Source: Barthelona sp. PCE (lineage: Eukaryota). Taken from it: a DNA stretch of 64,000 nucleotides. The stretch covers positions 1,612,001 to 1,676,000 of the forward strand of contig JAUFOR010000002.1 of the NCBI GenBank assembly GCA_040285745.1, given 5' to 3'. Positions within the stretch are counted from its first letter, which is position 1; every line of letters begins with the position of its first letter. Below, in pieces: positions 51,201 to 60,030 of this stretch. The notes under the pieces were generated by a model, which saw nothing but the letters and a program-made list of their open reading frames with translations, had not been told where the DNA came from and searched no databases. A program made the position numbers and the translations under genes.

Positions 51201-54200
51201 GATTGGAAGAGTATAGCTCAGCAGGAATGACAATATGACCATCGATAATGGGAACATCGATTGCAACCTTGAACGAACTCTCCAAAAATGTCAGTGCATT
51301 GACAACGCCTGGGTACTCTGGCTCACGCTGTAAACAGCCATCAATACACCGATCACTCATCAAAAACCCGGAACTCAGGCGTAATTCTTCTTCTTGCATT
51401 CTTCCCGATCTCCTTCTACTTCTCGGGTTACTCCCTCCAACGTACTTGCTCACTAATTCGAATTCCATCTTTTTTTCTTCCTCCTCCATCTCAAAATTTT
51501 CGCCTTCGAAATCTACAAATGCTGCATTCGATGCAGTACCAACATCCATGGGCTGTAGTAACGCTGTGGGATGTGATAACCCAACACCGCGCCTGAACGG
51601 ACCAGTCTGGCGTTTGCTGACGTACATTTCAGTTGATGACAGTTTTCTGTTGCTGGTATATAATACCCTCCCCTTCTTTTGATCGATGTTAGGTGATTTT
51701 CTGCGCTCACAGACATCGAGCAATGATAAAAATTCCGAAATATTGGGATTAAAACATGTAGCTATAGCATGGACTTTCGTTGAATCTAAAACAAATGCAG
51801 TTGAAATATGTAATCCGTCTTGATCAAAGTCGTGGTCAAGCATGAAAGGATTGAGCACATCATGTAAAGGAACTAACTTTTTCATTTGTGGACAATACGC
51901 AAAATTATCAATAACTACACTATCTATTGCAAGAACATGAATTAAAACAGTTGTTTCAAGACAGTTACGATAAATGACTCGGAGACGGTACATGCCTGGA
52001 TCTAAATCGTAGCAACGCAAACATTGCATGTCACTGTGAAACTCTAAACTGTAATGATGCTTGATTGGTAAGCTTTCGTTAACTCGGTTCAACGAAGTGT
52101 GCCAGTAATTGTCGATAATGGGGATATACACATCCCTGCCGGTAATGTAAATTGTTTTGAGAGACTGTGAGAAAAAAGAAAAAGGAATTTCAAAACTACC
52201 TACACCTTGAACATCTACTTTTGTGAAATGTGATACATCTCCCAGTGTCACGGTTCCGTTATCATCGGACGCTAAAACAACGTCAAGAGCAAAAGGAAGC
52301 AAATCTGAGTGCAATTTCAGTTTCAATTCAACGTTTTCCAAAGATTCTCCAACAACTGAACGAACATCCAACCTAAAGTTGTGCGAACGACCAACTGGCA
52401 TTACATTATATAGTTTAGTTGAAATACCTGATATCACATCGAAGGAAGCACTTGTTTCAAGTTTCTTGACATTATTATTTAACTGATACTCTGTGTTGAT
52501 AAGCACTTGAACTATAGTTGCATCCAGTGGGATATCGAAGCGAAGCTCAGCAATACCTTCTACGTCTTTGATATCGAACCGATAAGCGCGTGGCGATGGA
52601 GCAATACATTTAACCACAGCTGTTCTTGATACAACGTTTTTGTTACCCAGAAAGACACCATTCGCTAACTCGCATGGATTAACCAAAAGAGAACCCTGTG
52701 AACCAGGAATGAGCATCTGTGCTAAGCCAACAACAGCATTTTTTGAGTTGTGCTTTTGAGCAAAAAGTGTAACTTCATCAAACTGCCAAAAATCATTATG
52801 TTCCACTATAACACGCTGTGTGCGCTCAGAGCTGAAAAATGGGAGATAAGCTGAACCGTCCGAGTCAACTTCATAAACAGTGTTTCCAATGTGTACCCTT
52901 GCAGGTATTTTTTCAGGAACGCTACTGTAGACAGTAATCATCTGCCCGTCAGCATCTGGTGTGACGCTAATGGAAAGAAGACCCTTCTTAATGAGAACGC
53001 GCCATGACTTGTCCTTACTGACGAAGTCAACGATGCGGTAACAACGCTTGGGGAGATCGAAGGAGAACTCCTCGTCATGTGCAATGTGCACAGGAGAATC
53101 GTATGAATATTTTTCAATAGAGTTCGGAATCCAGCCTGAGAGATCCATCGCAACGGAAGGGGTGATACCGTCTTTGGCGAGGAGCTCAGAGTTGAGATGG
53201 TAGACGCGCACCTCAAGCTCTGGAATGTTCTTGATCATCACAGGGATGGTAATTGACTCCTCGGATTCGGGAAGCTCCTTGAGTTTCTTCAAGAACATGA
53301 ACGTTTCACGGTTGATCTCAGACTGGAACAGGTGATCGTACTTCTGGTATTTCTGGTACTCGCCACCGATGTAAAGTGTTGCGCGGAACTGTACCTTCTC
53401 CAAGAAGTCCATGCACACATCACCGAAGTGATCCTTGTCGCGTGGGTATGTGATTTCCTTCATGAAGGCACGTAAAACCCAGTGCTCGATAAGAGTCAAG
53501 TCAATTGATGATACTGGGAGGCAATCGAAAAACCGAATGCACTGAACAACAAACTCGGTGACATGACGGTCGCCAACCTGTTTACGGACAGCGAGACCAG
53601 CATCTCGGACACAACCAGTGGCGATGAAAGCGGACAGCTCGTCCATTGTAATCTCCATATTGAGGTCGTGCTTTGCATAAAGTGCAGCATATTTAAGACC
53701 ATTTCCAAACGCCGTGAGAGAACCAACATCAAACTGTTCTAGCATATCAATGTCCCAACCTGTACTTTCGCATGCTGTATACATGCGGGAGAAACGGGCT
53801 GATACAACGCTAACATCGCTTTGATATTCTGGAAATAGCGTAACCAACTCTTCAATTTCCTTTAGTGTAAACCAATGAATAGATGGGAGTGTGGCAGTGA
53901 TATCTTCCTCTTTCGAAAGCTCAAAATACCGTTTGAAAATGGAAACTTTGTTCAATGTGGACTCCCTCATGTTATTAATTAAAACAACAATCATGGCCCG
54001 AGTATAACTTTCAATATCTTCGTTGAAGTACTTCGAAAGCTCGACAGAACCCATTATACTGGCCTTATTATGCTTCTTTAATGTTTGAAGCAAACGAGTA
54101 CGCATAGAAACACATTCAAGAGTGTTTGGATGTGTTGTTCTCCTCTCAGGGTCTATATCAACAAAAGATGGCTTTGCAAACGATGGAAGAACACCGTTTT

Positions 54201-54468
54201 CATCAATCCAATCCATGAAAACATCAAAATTAGTTCCAACTTGACGAAAAATACTGCGATCCCTCAATAAATTAAACATATCAATATCAACGTCCCTCAA
54301 TTTATCCATAGAGGCACGTTCTAACTCTGTACTTTCTTCAAATGTAAGCTGTTCCCGTAGAACTGTAAAAAATAAGTGTTCCCCAGTATTTGACGTTAGT
54401 TTATCAATGAAATCGGATTGGTCAAAGAAAAAATCCTCAAGATGCCGTTGTGAAAAAGGCAGATGCAT
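48262..54468 (-). CDS. ~2,070-aa conserved hypothetical protein (family with C-terminal KDGYTDxRGxFDY motif; macroglobulin-like beta domains suspected)
   Basis: Single long ORF, with ATG 54468 (MHLPFSQ) preferred over 54540. C-terminus reads PLPRLYCKVYKNPGASFLKDGYTDRRGAFDYFSVSTGDPSKIKRLAVYISSPDYGHAIVEAKPP. Confidence 0.8.
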   Translation of the reverse strand: MHLPFSQRHLEDFFFDQSDFIDKLTSNTGEHLFFTVLREQLTFEESTELERASMDKLRDVDIDMFNLLRDRSIFRQVGTNFDVFMDWIDENGVLPSFAKPSFVDIDPERRTTHPNTLECVSMRTRLLQTLKKHNKASIMGSVELSKYFNEDIESYTRAMIVVLINNMRESTLNKVSIFKRYFELSKEEDITATLPSIHWFTLKEIEELVTLFPEYQSDVSVVSARFSRMYTACESTGWDIDMLEQFDVGSLTAFGNGLKYAALYAKHDLNMEITMDELSAFIATGCVRDAGLAVRKQVGDRHVTEFVVQCIRFFDCLPVSSIDLTLIEHWVLRAFMKEITYPRDKDHFGDVCMDFLEKVQFRATLYIGGEYQKYQKYDHLFQSEINRETFMFLKKLKELPESEESITIPVMIKNIPELEVRVYHLNSELLAKDGITPSVAMDLSGWIPNSIEKYSYDSPVHIAHDEEFSFDLPKRCYRIVDFVSKDKSWRVLIKKGLLSISVTPDADGQMITVYSSVPEKIPARVHIGNTVYEVDSDGSAYLPFFSSERTQRVIVEHNDFWQFDEVTLFAQKHNSKNAVVGLAQMLIPGSQGSLLVNPCELANGVFLGNKNVVSRTAVVKCIAPSPRAYRFDIKDVEGIAELRFDIPLDATIVQVLINTEYQLNNNVKKLETSASFDVISGISTKLYNVMPVGRSHNFRLDVRSVVGESLENVELKLKLHSDLLPFALDVVLASDDNGTVTLGDVSHFTKVDVQGVGSFEIPFSFFSQSLKTIYITGRDVYIPIIDNYWHTSLNRVNESLPIKHHYSLEFHSDMQCLRCYDLDPGMYRLRVIYRNCLETTVLIHVLAIDSVVIDNFAYCPQMKKLVPLHDVLNPFMLDHDFDQDGLHISTAFVLDSTKVHAIATCFNPNISEFLSLLDVCERRKSPNIDQKKGRVLYTSNRKLSSTEMYVSKRQTGPFRRGVGLSHPTALLQPMDVGTASNAAFVDFEGENFEMEEEEKKMEFELVSKYVGGSNPRSRRRSGRMQEEELRLSSGFLMSDRCIDGCLQREPEYPGVVNALTFLESSFKVAIDVPIIDGHIVIPAELYSSNRIVTVVLEDRAVGSFHLKMFETALNSEPIIRSVVLDCAFDTERKLTHSFECDFGEKQLKEGTTTRVYDDLKDLWILFRDFYGLSILGGFDFLLENLSAEEMKEKLHTYWCDEVAFFIMIQRPDLFDTCVRPFLHHKLDRNMLENIMLYLNNPDHLIPMLQKYREPTYKKKLSVFERILLAALTEENITQFVDELHGKANINKMSNRKYSDIFKTALNANTTQQKACTSSEEIMSRFNVMNEEREQKAQEPRSNKSTIGADFRRDSDGYIVLEDVSGRERFRSISNNRERLIESLLKSGQKVRIPVYRPPVNTKKYVETSWHGMKNDASHNIFQTSHFWVDFARHIASIPFEDRFQSSNWSFKSSNMLSLSFPVATYHEIIFALALCRTGGVIMRLFNVMDDAESTLVDEKLVIRQQIFDTTTRDLQTDHFMTAGDDLIINRIYKSEIVCFNLSSKMKEISVIRQVPLGAVALDLKNTSTDYITVKPFKAAKVSFFFVIPAVSEFYMCPASICNLSCFMGRADALSKTVVRAFVADGAISWRHISLRGSLEEVCVFLRENDVEYNKYSYCYWRANDCAEAFNMLASTFTELGHFDAKFMRLAFKFKNERFMRLYFKHERPSSASVLKVFKCQLFEVNHPEYRFQEFEPYVTQRVFSLGDYWQSQEVRNKYVETLELLVMSPKPDPILCVYAAYYMLLVERFTDAEKYMARVPAEHDTPFSDLIRAYLDVINGDLTVARELVKKHEDVTHLRLKPHFKEIDLLIRELDGEDVSKYQTVETFEKDDHMAHRSRQQEIGLIEEIAKYLNLKAGKNCVTIDSDFEAVSLLFYPLEAEILFSNKPFDINDATRKPLISPAVTLETTEKCVPIPEEISNNSVIVEARGSGVSKRVIVHPAKFDVELRQKAGILVAKLDGAPLPRLYCKVYKNPGASFLKDGYTDRRGAFDYFSVSTGDPSKIKRLAVYISSPDYGHAIVEAKPPTM

Positions 54469-54874
54469 AACGGTTGAGAGAGAAAGAAAGAAATTTATAA
54501 CAATTGCAAAAGAAGAATAAAATGGTTCATAATAACACATTCAATCTACCAACCTCATAACTTGCTTAGTTATTTTACAGGTTGAATAATACTGGAGTTC
54601 CTGAAATTTCTGAATATTGTGGAACTTTTATCGCCAAGATACGTTTTTTAGACATGTTCTAAGTGTTTAGGTGCTGGGAAAGAAAAAAAAATTCACACAA
54701 ACAGTTCTATTTCATTGTCTTCATAATGTGGGCAATAAAGCTTTATAGCTCTATCATATGAGCAAATTCTCTATCTCAACGCTCATTCCATAATGCGCAA
54801 CTCGAAAACTTGAACAACAATGTTGTATTTTGAATTTCACCTCTATTTTCAATCACCTACCATTAAACACATCA

Positions 54875-55591
54875 ATGAGAACCTCAGGTACACCTATTAG
54901 AAATTCACCAAGCCGTCTAGGACGTAATGAAAGTAACAGTTTGTTGAGCGGACTGGATCTTGATCCCTATGCTGATTTAGATCCTTTATCTGCTGAACAT
55001 GGAATGAAGATCATCTTTTCCAGGAGCTTACCTGTCGAATTAAGAAGCATCACTGCACCAACTACAGCTGGATCTCAGGAAAGTCTCACAGTCAAGCTTG
55101 CTACTCTTGAAGATCAAGCCACAGGTACAGTCTCAAGCATCAAGATGGAGATCACATCAGAAGCAGATCTTTTCTTCTTCTATACTGTTGCCCTTGATAA
55201 CAGTAGTTATAGAATCCTTGCTGAAGAACAAAGGTTGATGGCTGATTTTGATGAGTTTTGCAACGTACTCATCCGCATGCTCAATAGTGCTATCAAGACT
55301 CCTTACGCATATCCTGTAGTTTTCTTCTTGGGTAATGATAACACTGGTCGACTTGATTTCATTCAGAACACTGAGTTCAAGTATCTTGAATTACTCTCAC
55401 TTAACTTCGAGGCAGCCTCAGAAAAGGATGTTCGTGATCAAATTGATTTCAGATACAAGAGTTTGAAGGCCAAGAGTCAATTACTTCAGGCTAGAATCAA
55501 TGATATTAATTCTTTGGTAAAGGTAAAGAACCCTTCCCTATTATTACAGCTGCAGAGGGAGAACTATACTCGCTTACCTAAAAAAATGTAA
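54875..55591 (+). CDS. SAS6L: SAS-6-like protein (SAS6L)
   Basis: SAS-6 head motifs EITSEADLFFFY, EEQRLMADF and RLDFIQNTEFKYLELLSL, with only a short coiled coil ending in KNPSLLLQLQ. This is typical of SAS6L rather than centriolar SAS-6. Confidence 0.85.
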   Translation: MRTSGTPIRNSPSRLGRNESNSLLSGLDLDPYADLDPLSAEHGMKIIFSRSLPVELRSITAPTTAGSQESLTVKLATLEDQATGTVSSIKMEITSEADLFFFYTVALDNSSYRILAEEQRLMADFDEFCNVLIRMLNSAIKTPYAYPVVFFLGNDNTGRLDFIQNTEFKYLELLSLNFEAASEKDVRDQIDFRYKSLKAKSQLLQARINDINSLVKVKNPSLLLQLQRENYTRLPKKM

Positions 55592-55642
55592 AATAGTGCT
55601 TACTTTCATTTAACCAATTTCTTGTTCTCCTTTTTTTTCAAA

Positions 55643-57289
55643 GTGAGTGACTTACATAAGTATTATACCTGGGGCGGTGTTGTTTGGGATAATATTGATT
55701 TTGCAAATCGATATTTTGCAGAAAATATTCTTGGACCGTATTTACACAATGATTATAACAAGCCACTGTGCAACTATATCAAGAGGCGGATGAAAACGGA
55801 TTTAGATTTTGTACAACATCACTGTTCATTATTTGGTTTTTTACATGATATTCTACTATTTGGTTTAAACACATTCGATGCTGTGATCGCGATCAGGAAG
55901 CGAAGACGTTCCTCCCCACCAACAGGAAATCGTTCTCGAAAGACCGCCATTGATATTTCTTGGATAAGTAATTCTTCATCAATGAATTGGCTTTTAAAGA
56001 GCCATCTCGTGTTTCTTATGGAGTTTTTTGAGGTGAAAGGATCAAAGTCTGCTGCTAAAGGAACATTGATTAAATCAATCATCTCCCGTTTACCATATAG
56101 ATTAGGTGATCTTGCTAATGAGTTCTCTCCATACTTTAGCAACACGGATATGTTGAATTTCACAGAAGAACAGAAGGAAAATGATAGGAAAATCGAAAAC
56201 ACCTTCATTTCTTATTTTCCCTTTCTTTCGGTGTATAAAAGGGAAAGATCACAGCATAGTAGGACAGCAACACACCTGGAAGATACACAGTTGTCACAAA
56301 AATGTGAATTAAATACAAGACCGGCGAAAATTCAAAAAACCACATCATCTACCACAACGCTCTTTTTAGACGATCCAGTGTTGGATCTAACTACACAGTT
56401 CGAAAGGGTGCTAAGCAACGTTTCAAGTGGAATAGTGACAAGAGCCATGCATCTTGGCTTCAATTTTCCCCTCAGTCCTGATACATTTCAACGATTGTTT
56501 TTCAATTCCGTAACCCCAACAACAAGGATAGATCGAGTATTGAAAGTGTTTGTTGTTGAAGGAACACGTATTAGATTCAAAGTGCAAGATGTTCCACTGT
56601 TGAATGGACAAAAGTATATGTTCAAACTGTTTATACCATACAGACATATGATTATTGTAATAGAGACAGATTTTAGCCAGAAATCGCAGAGATTTACTGG
56701 TTTCTTCTATCCTGGAATGAGAACTGATGATGGAATGATGTATCATCAAGAAAAAATTGTAACACCTAAGAAAAATATTAGTATCGATTCCAGACTAACA
56801 TGTAAGGAACATATATTCTTCAAAAACGATATGGTCCTTCATTTTGAGGATGAACAAAAATTTTCGATTATTCAACGCCGTTTCCCAGTAATTTTTTTGG
56901 TTTGCTTCGTTGGTCGGATTTTAAATAAGGCTGCTATTATAGAATCCATGCATAGAAGGGACACACCGAATGCTATACCGCCGCCTAACACTCGTTTGCG
57001 GTTGGAATGTCCAATATCAGGAGAAATACCGAGATTGCCATGCCGTGGAAATGCATGTACACACATTCAATGTTTTGATGCAGCAGCATGGTTTGATTAT
57101 TGTCACGTAAGAAAGGACTGGATGTGCCCACATTGCTTCAAACCATTGCATCCGGATGATGTCGGAGTTGATAGGCTGCTTTACGATAAGCTAGTATTAA
57201 ACAGCATGATAGTTGATGATATTGAAGAATGTGATGTCTTTGCTGTCTCTAAAGGCGAGAACAGTTATGAAATTGAAGTAGAAGAATAA
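55643..57289 (+). CDS. MIZ/SP-RING zinc-finger protein (SUMO E3 ligase, PIAS/Siz-like); start uncertain (GTG 55643 or ATG 55790)
   Basis: LRLECPISGEIPRLPCRGNACTHIQCFDAAAWFDYCHVRKDWMCPHC is a canonical SP-RING. A SAP-like KGSKSAAKGTLIKSI segment is also present. Confidence 0.85.
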   Translation: MSDLHKYYTWGGVVWDNIDFANRYFAENILGPYLHNDYNKPLCNYIKRRMKTDLDFVQHHCSLFGFLHDILLFGLNTFDAVIAIRKRRRSSPPTGNRSRKTAIDISWISNSSSMNWLLKSHLVFLMEFFEVKGSKSAAKGTLIKSIISRLPYRLGDLANEFSPYFSNTDMLNFTEEQKENDRKIENTFISYFPFLSVYKRERSQHSRTATHLEDTQLSQKCELNTRPAKIQKTTSSTTTLFLDDPVLDLTTQFERVLSNVSSGIVTRAMHLGFNFPLSPDTFQRLFFNSVTPTTRIDRVLKVFVVEGTRIRFKVQDVPLLNGQKYMFKLFIPYRHMIIVIETDFSQKSQRFTGFFYPGMRTDDGMMYHQEKIVTPKKNISIDSRLTCKEHIFFKNDMVLHFEDEQKFSIIQRRFPVIFLVCFVGRILNKAAIIESMHRRDTPNAIPPPNTRLRLECPISGEIPRLPCRGNACTHIQCFDAAAWFDYCHVRKDWMCPHCFKPLHPDDVGVDRLLYDKLVLNSMIVDDIEECDVFAVSKGENSYEIEVEE

Positions 57290-57386
57290 AATGAACATAC
57301 ACTTCTTTATTTGATTGTGATTTTTTAGATTGACTAGATTTCCATTTAAAAATACAATAAACGGAGAATGCAGGTAATTTAAACAA

Positions 57387-57602
57387 TTAAATACTTCCAA
57401 TAATCTTTAAATGCAGAGCAAAAAGAAAAGCCAATACTAAATAGAAGAGAATCAACGCTCCAGCAATGCTTAAGAACTTTTTGGTTTTGGAATCCTGTTT
57501 CTCATCCTCTGCCTTCTCGATTATCTCTAAATCGAGTGTAATGTCCTCATGTGTGACTGTTAATTCTTGCACTTGCTCTTGAAGCTGTTTTTCAGGTTCC
57601 AT
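57387..57602 (-). CDS. Small tail-anchored membrane protein (71 aa)
   Basis: MEPEKQLQEQ...KKFLSIAGALILFYLVLAFLFALHLKIIGSI. The ATG is preceded by CCCATTT. Confidence 0.55.
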   Translation of the reverse strand: MEPEKQLQEQVQELTVTHEDITLDLEIIEKAEDEKQDSKTKKFLSIAGALILFYLVLAFLFALHLKIIGSI

Positions 57603-57788
57603 ATGTTGATAAATGTGGGAAAATGCGGAAATGGGTTGAAATAGAAAATCCATCCCAAATATTATATTTGTCATATTTATAATAGTGAGGTGATATGATG
57701 TAACAACCTGATTCCTAAACTGGTCGAAAAAACATAAGATCATTGAAAAAATTGAGCCAAAAAAATATATAACATAACTGCATAACGT

Positions 57789-59180
57789 TTACAAACCTAA
57801 TAACTCGGAATCTGTATCAACTAGACCAAGACTCAACCGTATAGGATCTGGAAGCTGTGCTTTATCAGCTTTTATCGTAGGTTTCGATTTTATCGTACTT
57901 AAATCTTGTAATTTTTCAATGACTTCACTGTACTCTTCTTCAGCCTGTTGGACTGCTTTAATTTTTGAAAGTAACCTTCTTTTTTCAACATTCGGAGTTT
58001 TTAATGGAGTTATCTCATCTAATGACTCAGCTTTCTCCAATTCACCATCCATACTCTTAACTGTATTCTCTAACTTCTCTAATCTCTGTAAATATGACCT
58101 TGAAAACTCTTCATCAACATTATTCACTTCTTCATTTCTCTCAATAACACCAGTACTAATTGACTCTAATAAATCCAATGATGGTTCATCAGGTTCTTTT
58201 TTTGTTACAAAGGGCATAAGTTGGGCCTCAGCTGTTGCCTTTAACGGTTCTGTTTTAATAGTGTTACAAGTGCTAAACTTCACTGGTTCCCTCCTCTCTT
58301 CTTTCGTATCCATATCCAAACATTGTCTCGCCCTGACTTTCCTTATGGAATCTGTGTCAATTGCACTTTCAAGCTCCTTATAACTCTCTATAAGATCACT
58401 GATCAGCTGAGTCTTACTATAACTCTTATAATCACTCATTTTCTTCTTCTTCTCACGCAGTTCCCGCACCTTTGGAGGAAGGTCAACGGTATCGACTGTG
58501 TGTACATGCGTAACATGGTGTTTTTGTGTCTGTGTGGCATCACACATACGAAAATTGGTATCACATACTGTCCTGCTTTGTTTTGCATGAGTTCTTGCAT
58601 TAAAAGTGCTTGTATTTGAAAAGTATGGATCTGTTGCCCTGGTAAGACTAAGCTCAGAGTTTAAAAAGTTCTCAACATAGGAAGAAAAATGGCGATTTAA
58701 AATTGGTAATGTTGTATCCTGTATTGTAAGAGATACCCTATCTAATTCACTGAGGACCTGTGTGTTGAGAGATGGAAACTGTTTGATAAAGTCAAAAGGG
58801 GTCTGCTTTCCCATATCGTCACAAAACAACTGAAGGTCTTCCATTTGATCCAAAAGTTTATCCGCTTCCTCTACTTTATCAAGGATTGGGCGGTGGCTTG
58901 AAGTTGAAAGCTGTTCCAGTACCTTGTCTACCCCATCAAACGCTTCCTGAAGCTGAAGGATAACTTTTGCCTTCTTGTGTTTAACCCTAAGGCGAAGCTG
59001 TTCGACTGACTCGTCAATGATCATACATTGGTCTGCCACCCGCTTCTTATGCAATGAAACACGCTTTCTTTCATACTTAAGGCGTTCAACCATCAAATCA
59101 AACTCTGCCTGACGTTTACGATGCAATGTGTCGACCGCGTCAGGATACAACTCTATGTTTTGAAGTGTTGAGAACGACAT
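57789..59180 (-). CDS. Coiled-coil hypothetical protein (463 aa)
   Basis: Long ATG-initiated ORF with N- and C-terminal heptad-rich regions. Confidence 0.75.
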   Translation of the reverse strand: MSFSTLQNIELYPDAVDTLHRKRQAEFDLMVERLKYERKRVSLHKKRVADQCMIIDESVEQLRLRVKHKKAKVILQLQEAFDGVDKVLEQLSTSSHRPILDKVEEADKLLDQMEDLQLFCDDMGKQTPFDFIKQFPSLNTQVLSELDRVSLTIQDTTLPILNRHFSSYVENFLNSELSLTRATDPYFSNTSTFNARTHAKQSRTVCDTNFRMCDATQTQKHHVTHVHTVDTVDLPPKVRELREKKKKMSDYKSYSKTQLISDLIESYKELESAIDTDSIRKVRARQCLDMDTKEERREPVKFSTCNTIKTEPLKATAEAQLMPFVTKKEPDEPSLDLLESISTGVIERNEEVNNVDEEFSRSYLQRLEKLENTVKSMDGELEKAESLDEITPLKTPNVEKRRLLSKIKAVQQAEEEYSEVIEKLQDLSTIKSKPTIKADKAQLPDPIRLSLGLVDTDSELLGL

Positions 59181-60030
59181 ACGCAGGAAAAATGTTTAAA
59201 CAGGTCAAAATTGCATTTGTCATCGTATGGTATAAATATTGTTATATAAATATTGTTTTGACGCCCACACTTATAGATTGAAACCATGCATATACGGAAT
59301 ATCATCTATTTACGAAGGTTATCATTCATGATCACTTCTCTCATACTGTTATGTGACATTCTGTTAAGCATTCAAGAGTAGTAATCAAAAGTTCACTACA
59401 AACCCATAATCTTAAGTGAACCTAATCATTAGAACTTTTTCTCAACATAAAATATATTAATATGCAACCGATCCTCAAGATCCCAGATTGATGAACAATT
59501 AGAGAATGGAACACGAAGCAGGGTTGAATTTGCTTAGTTCACTTATATCAAGGTTTCCTATTTTCTTTTGTATATTTTATACCTATTTATTAGTATCGAG
59601 AGTCGGATTTGTGGACTTCCGCACACCGACCTCGGTGACCCCTTCGTGGCACCATACCCAAACTTAGATCTCTGTAAATCATCAAAGTTTCAGGCTTTAC
59701 TACCGCTGCATATAAGGGAAGGAACTATGGTGAATCAAGACATTTAAACAAACTGTGCCTTCAAAACATACTTACAAAGCGAATATTTGTTAAAGAATAG
59801 TTATTGTTGTGATATTCAGCCACACAATCCAAATGTGAAAAAACTCAGTCCAAGAATAAGCCATTATATAGTGTTATATCTAATGGCATATTTTGTGGCA
59901 TTTCCGCGTCTAGTGCTTGAGCCAAGCAAGAAAAGCAAACACAGAATCTTGCGATTGATAAAACACTTGTTTTTCCTAATTTCTCCCTTTCTTTCTGTTA
60001 GTTTATTGTTAAACATCCGTAAAATAGCAG

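Noticed and set aside
59231-59257. TATAAATATTGTT tandem duplication
   Set aside because: Two copies of an AT-rich 13-mer are most likely simple slippage.
25605-59543. Shared 12-mer GCTTAGTTCACT in two spacers (25605-25616, 59532-59543)
   Set aside because: The flanks do not align convincingly, and chance 12-mer matches are expected in 64 kb.
59630-59680. U6 snRNA or HDV-like ribozyme call for the structured island
   Set aside because: ACAGAGA is not followed by an AGC triad at the U6 spacing, and the HDV P1.1 GG and P1/P2 pairings could not be found. It is kept only as an unassigned structured element.
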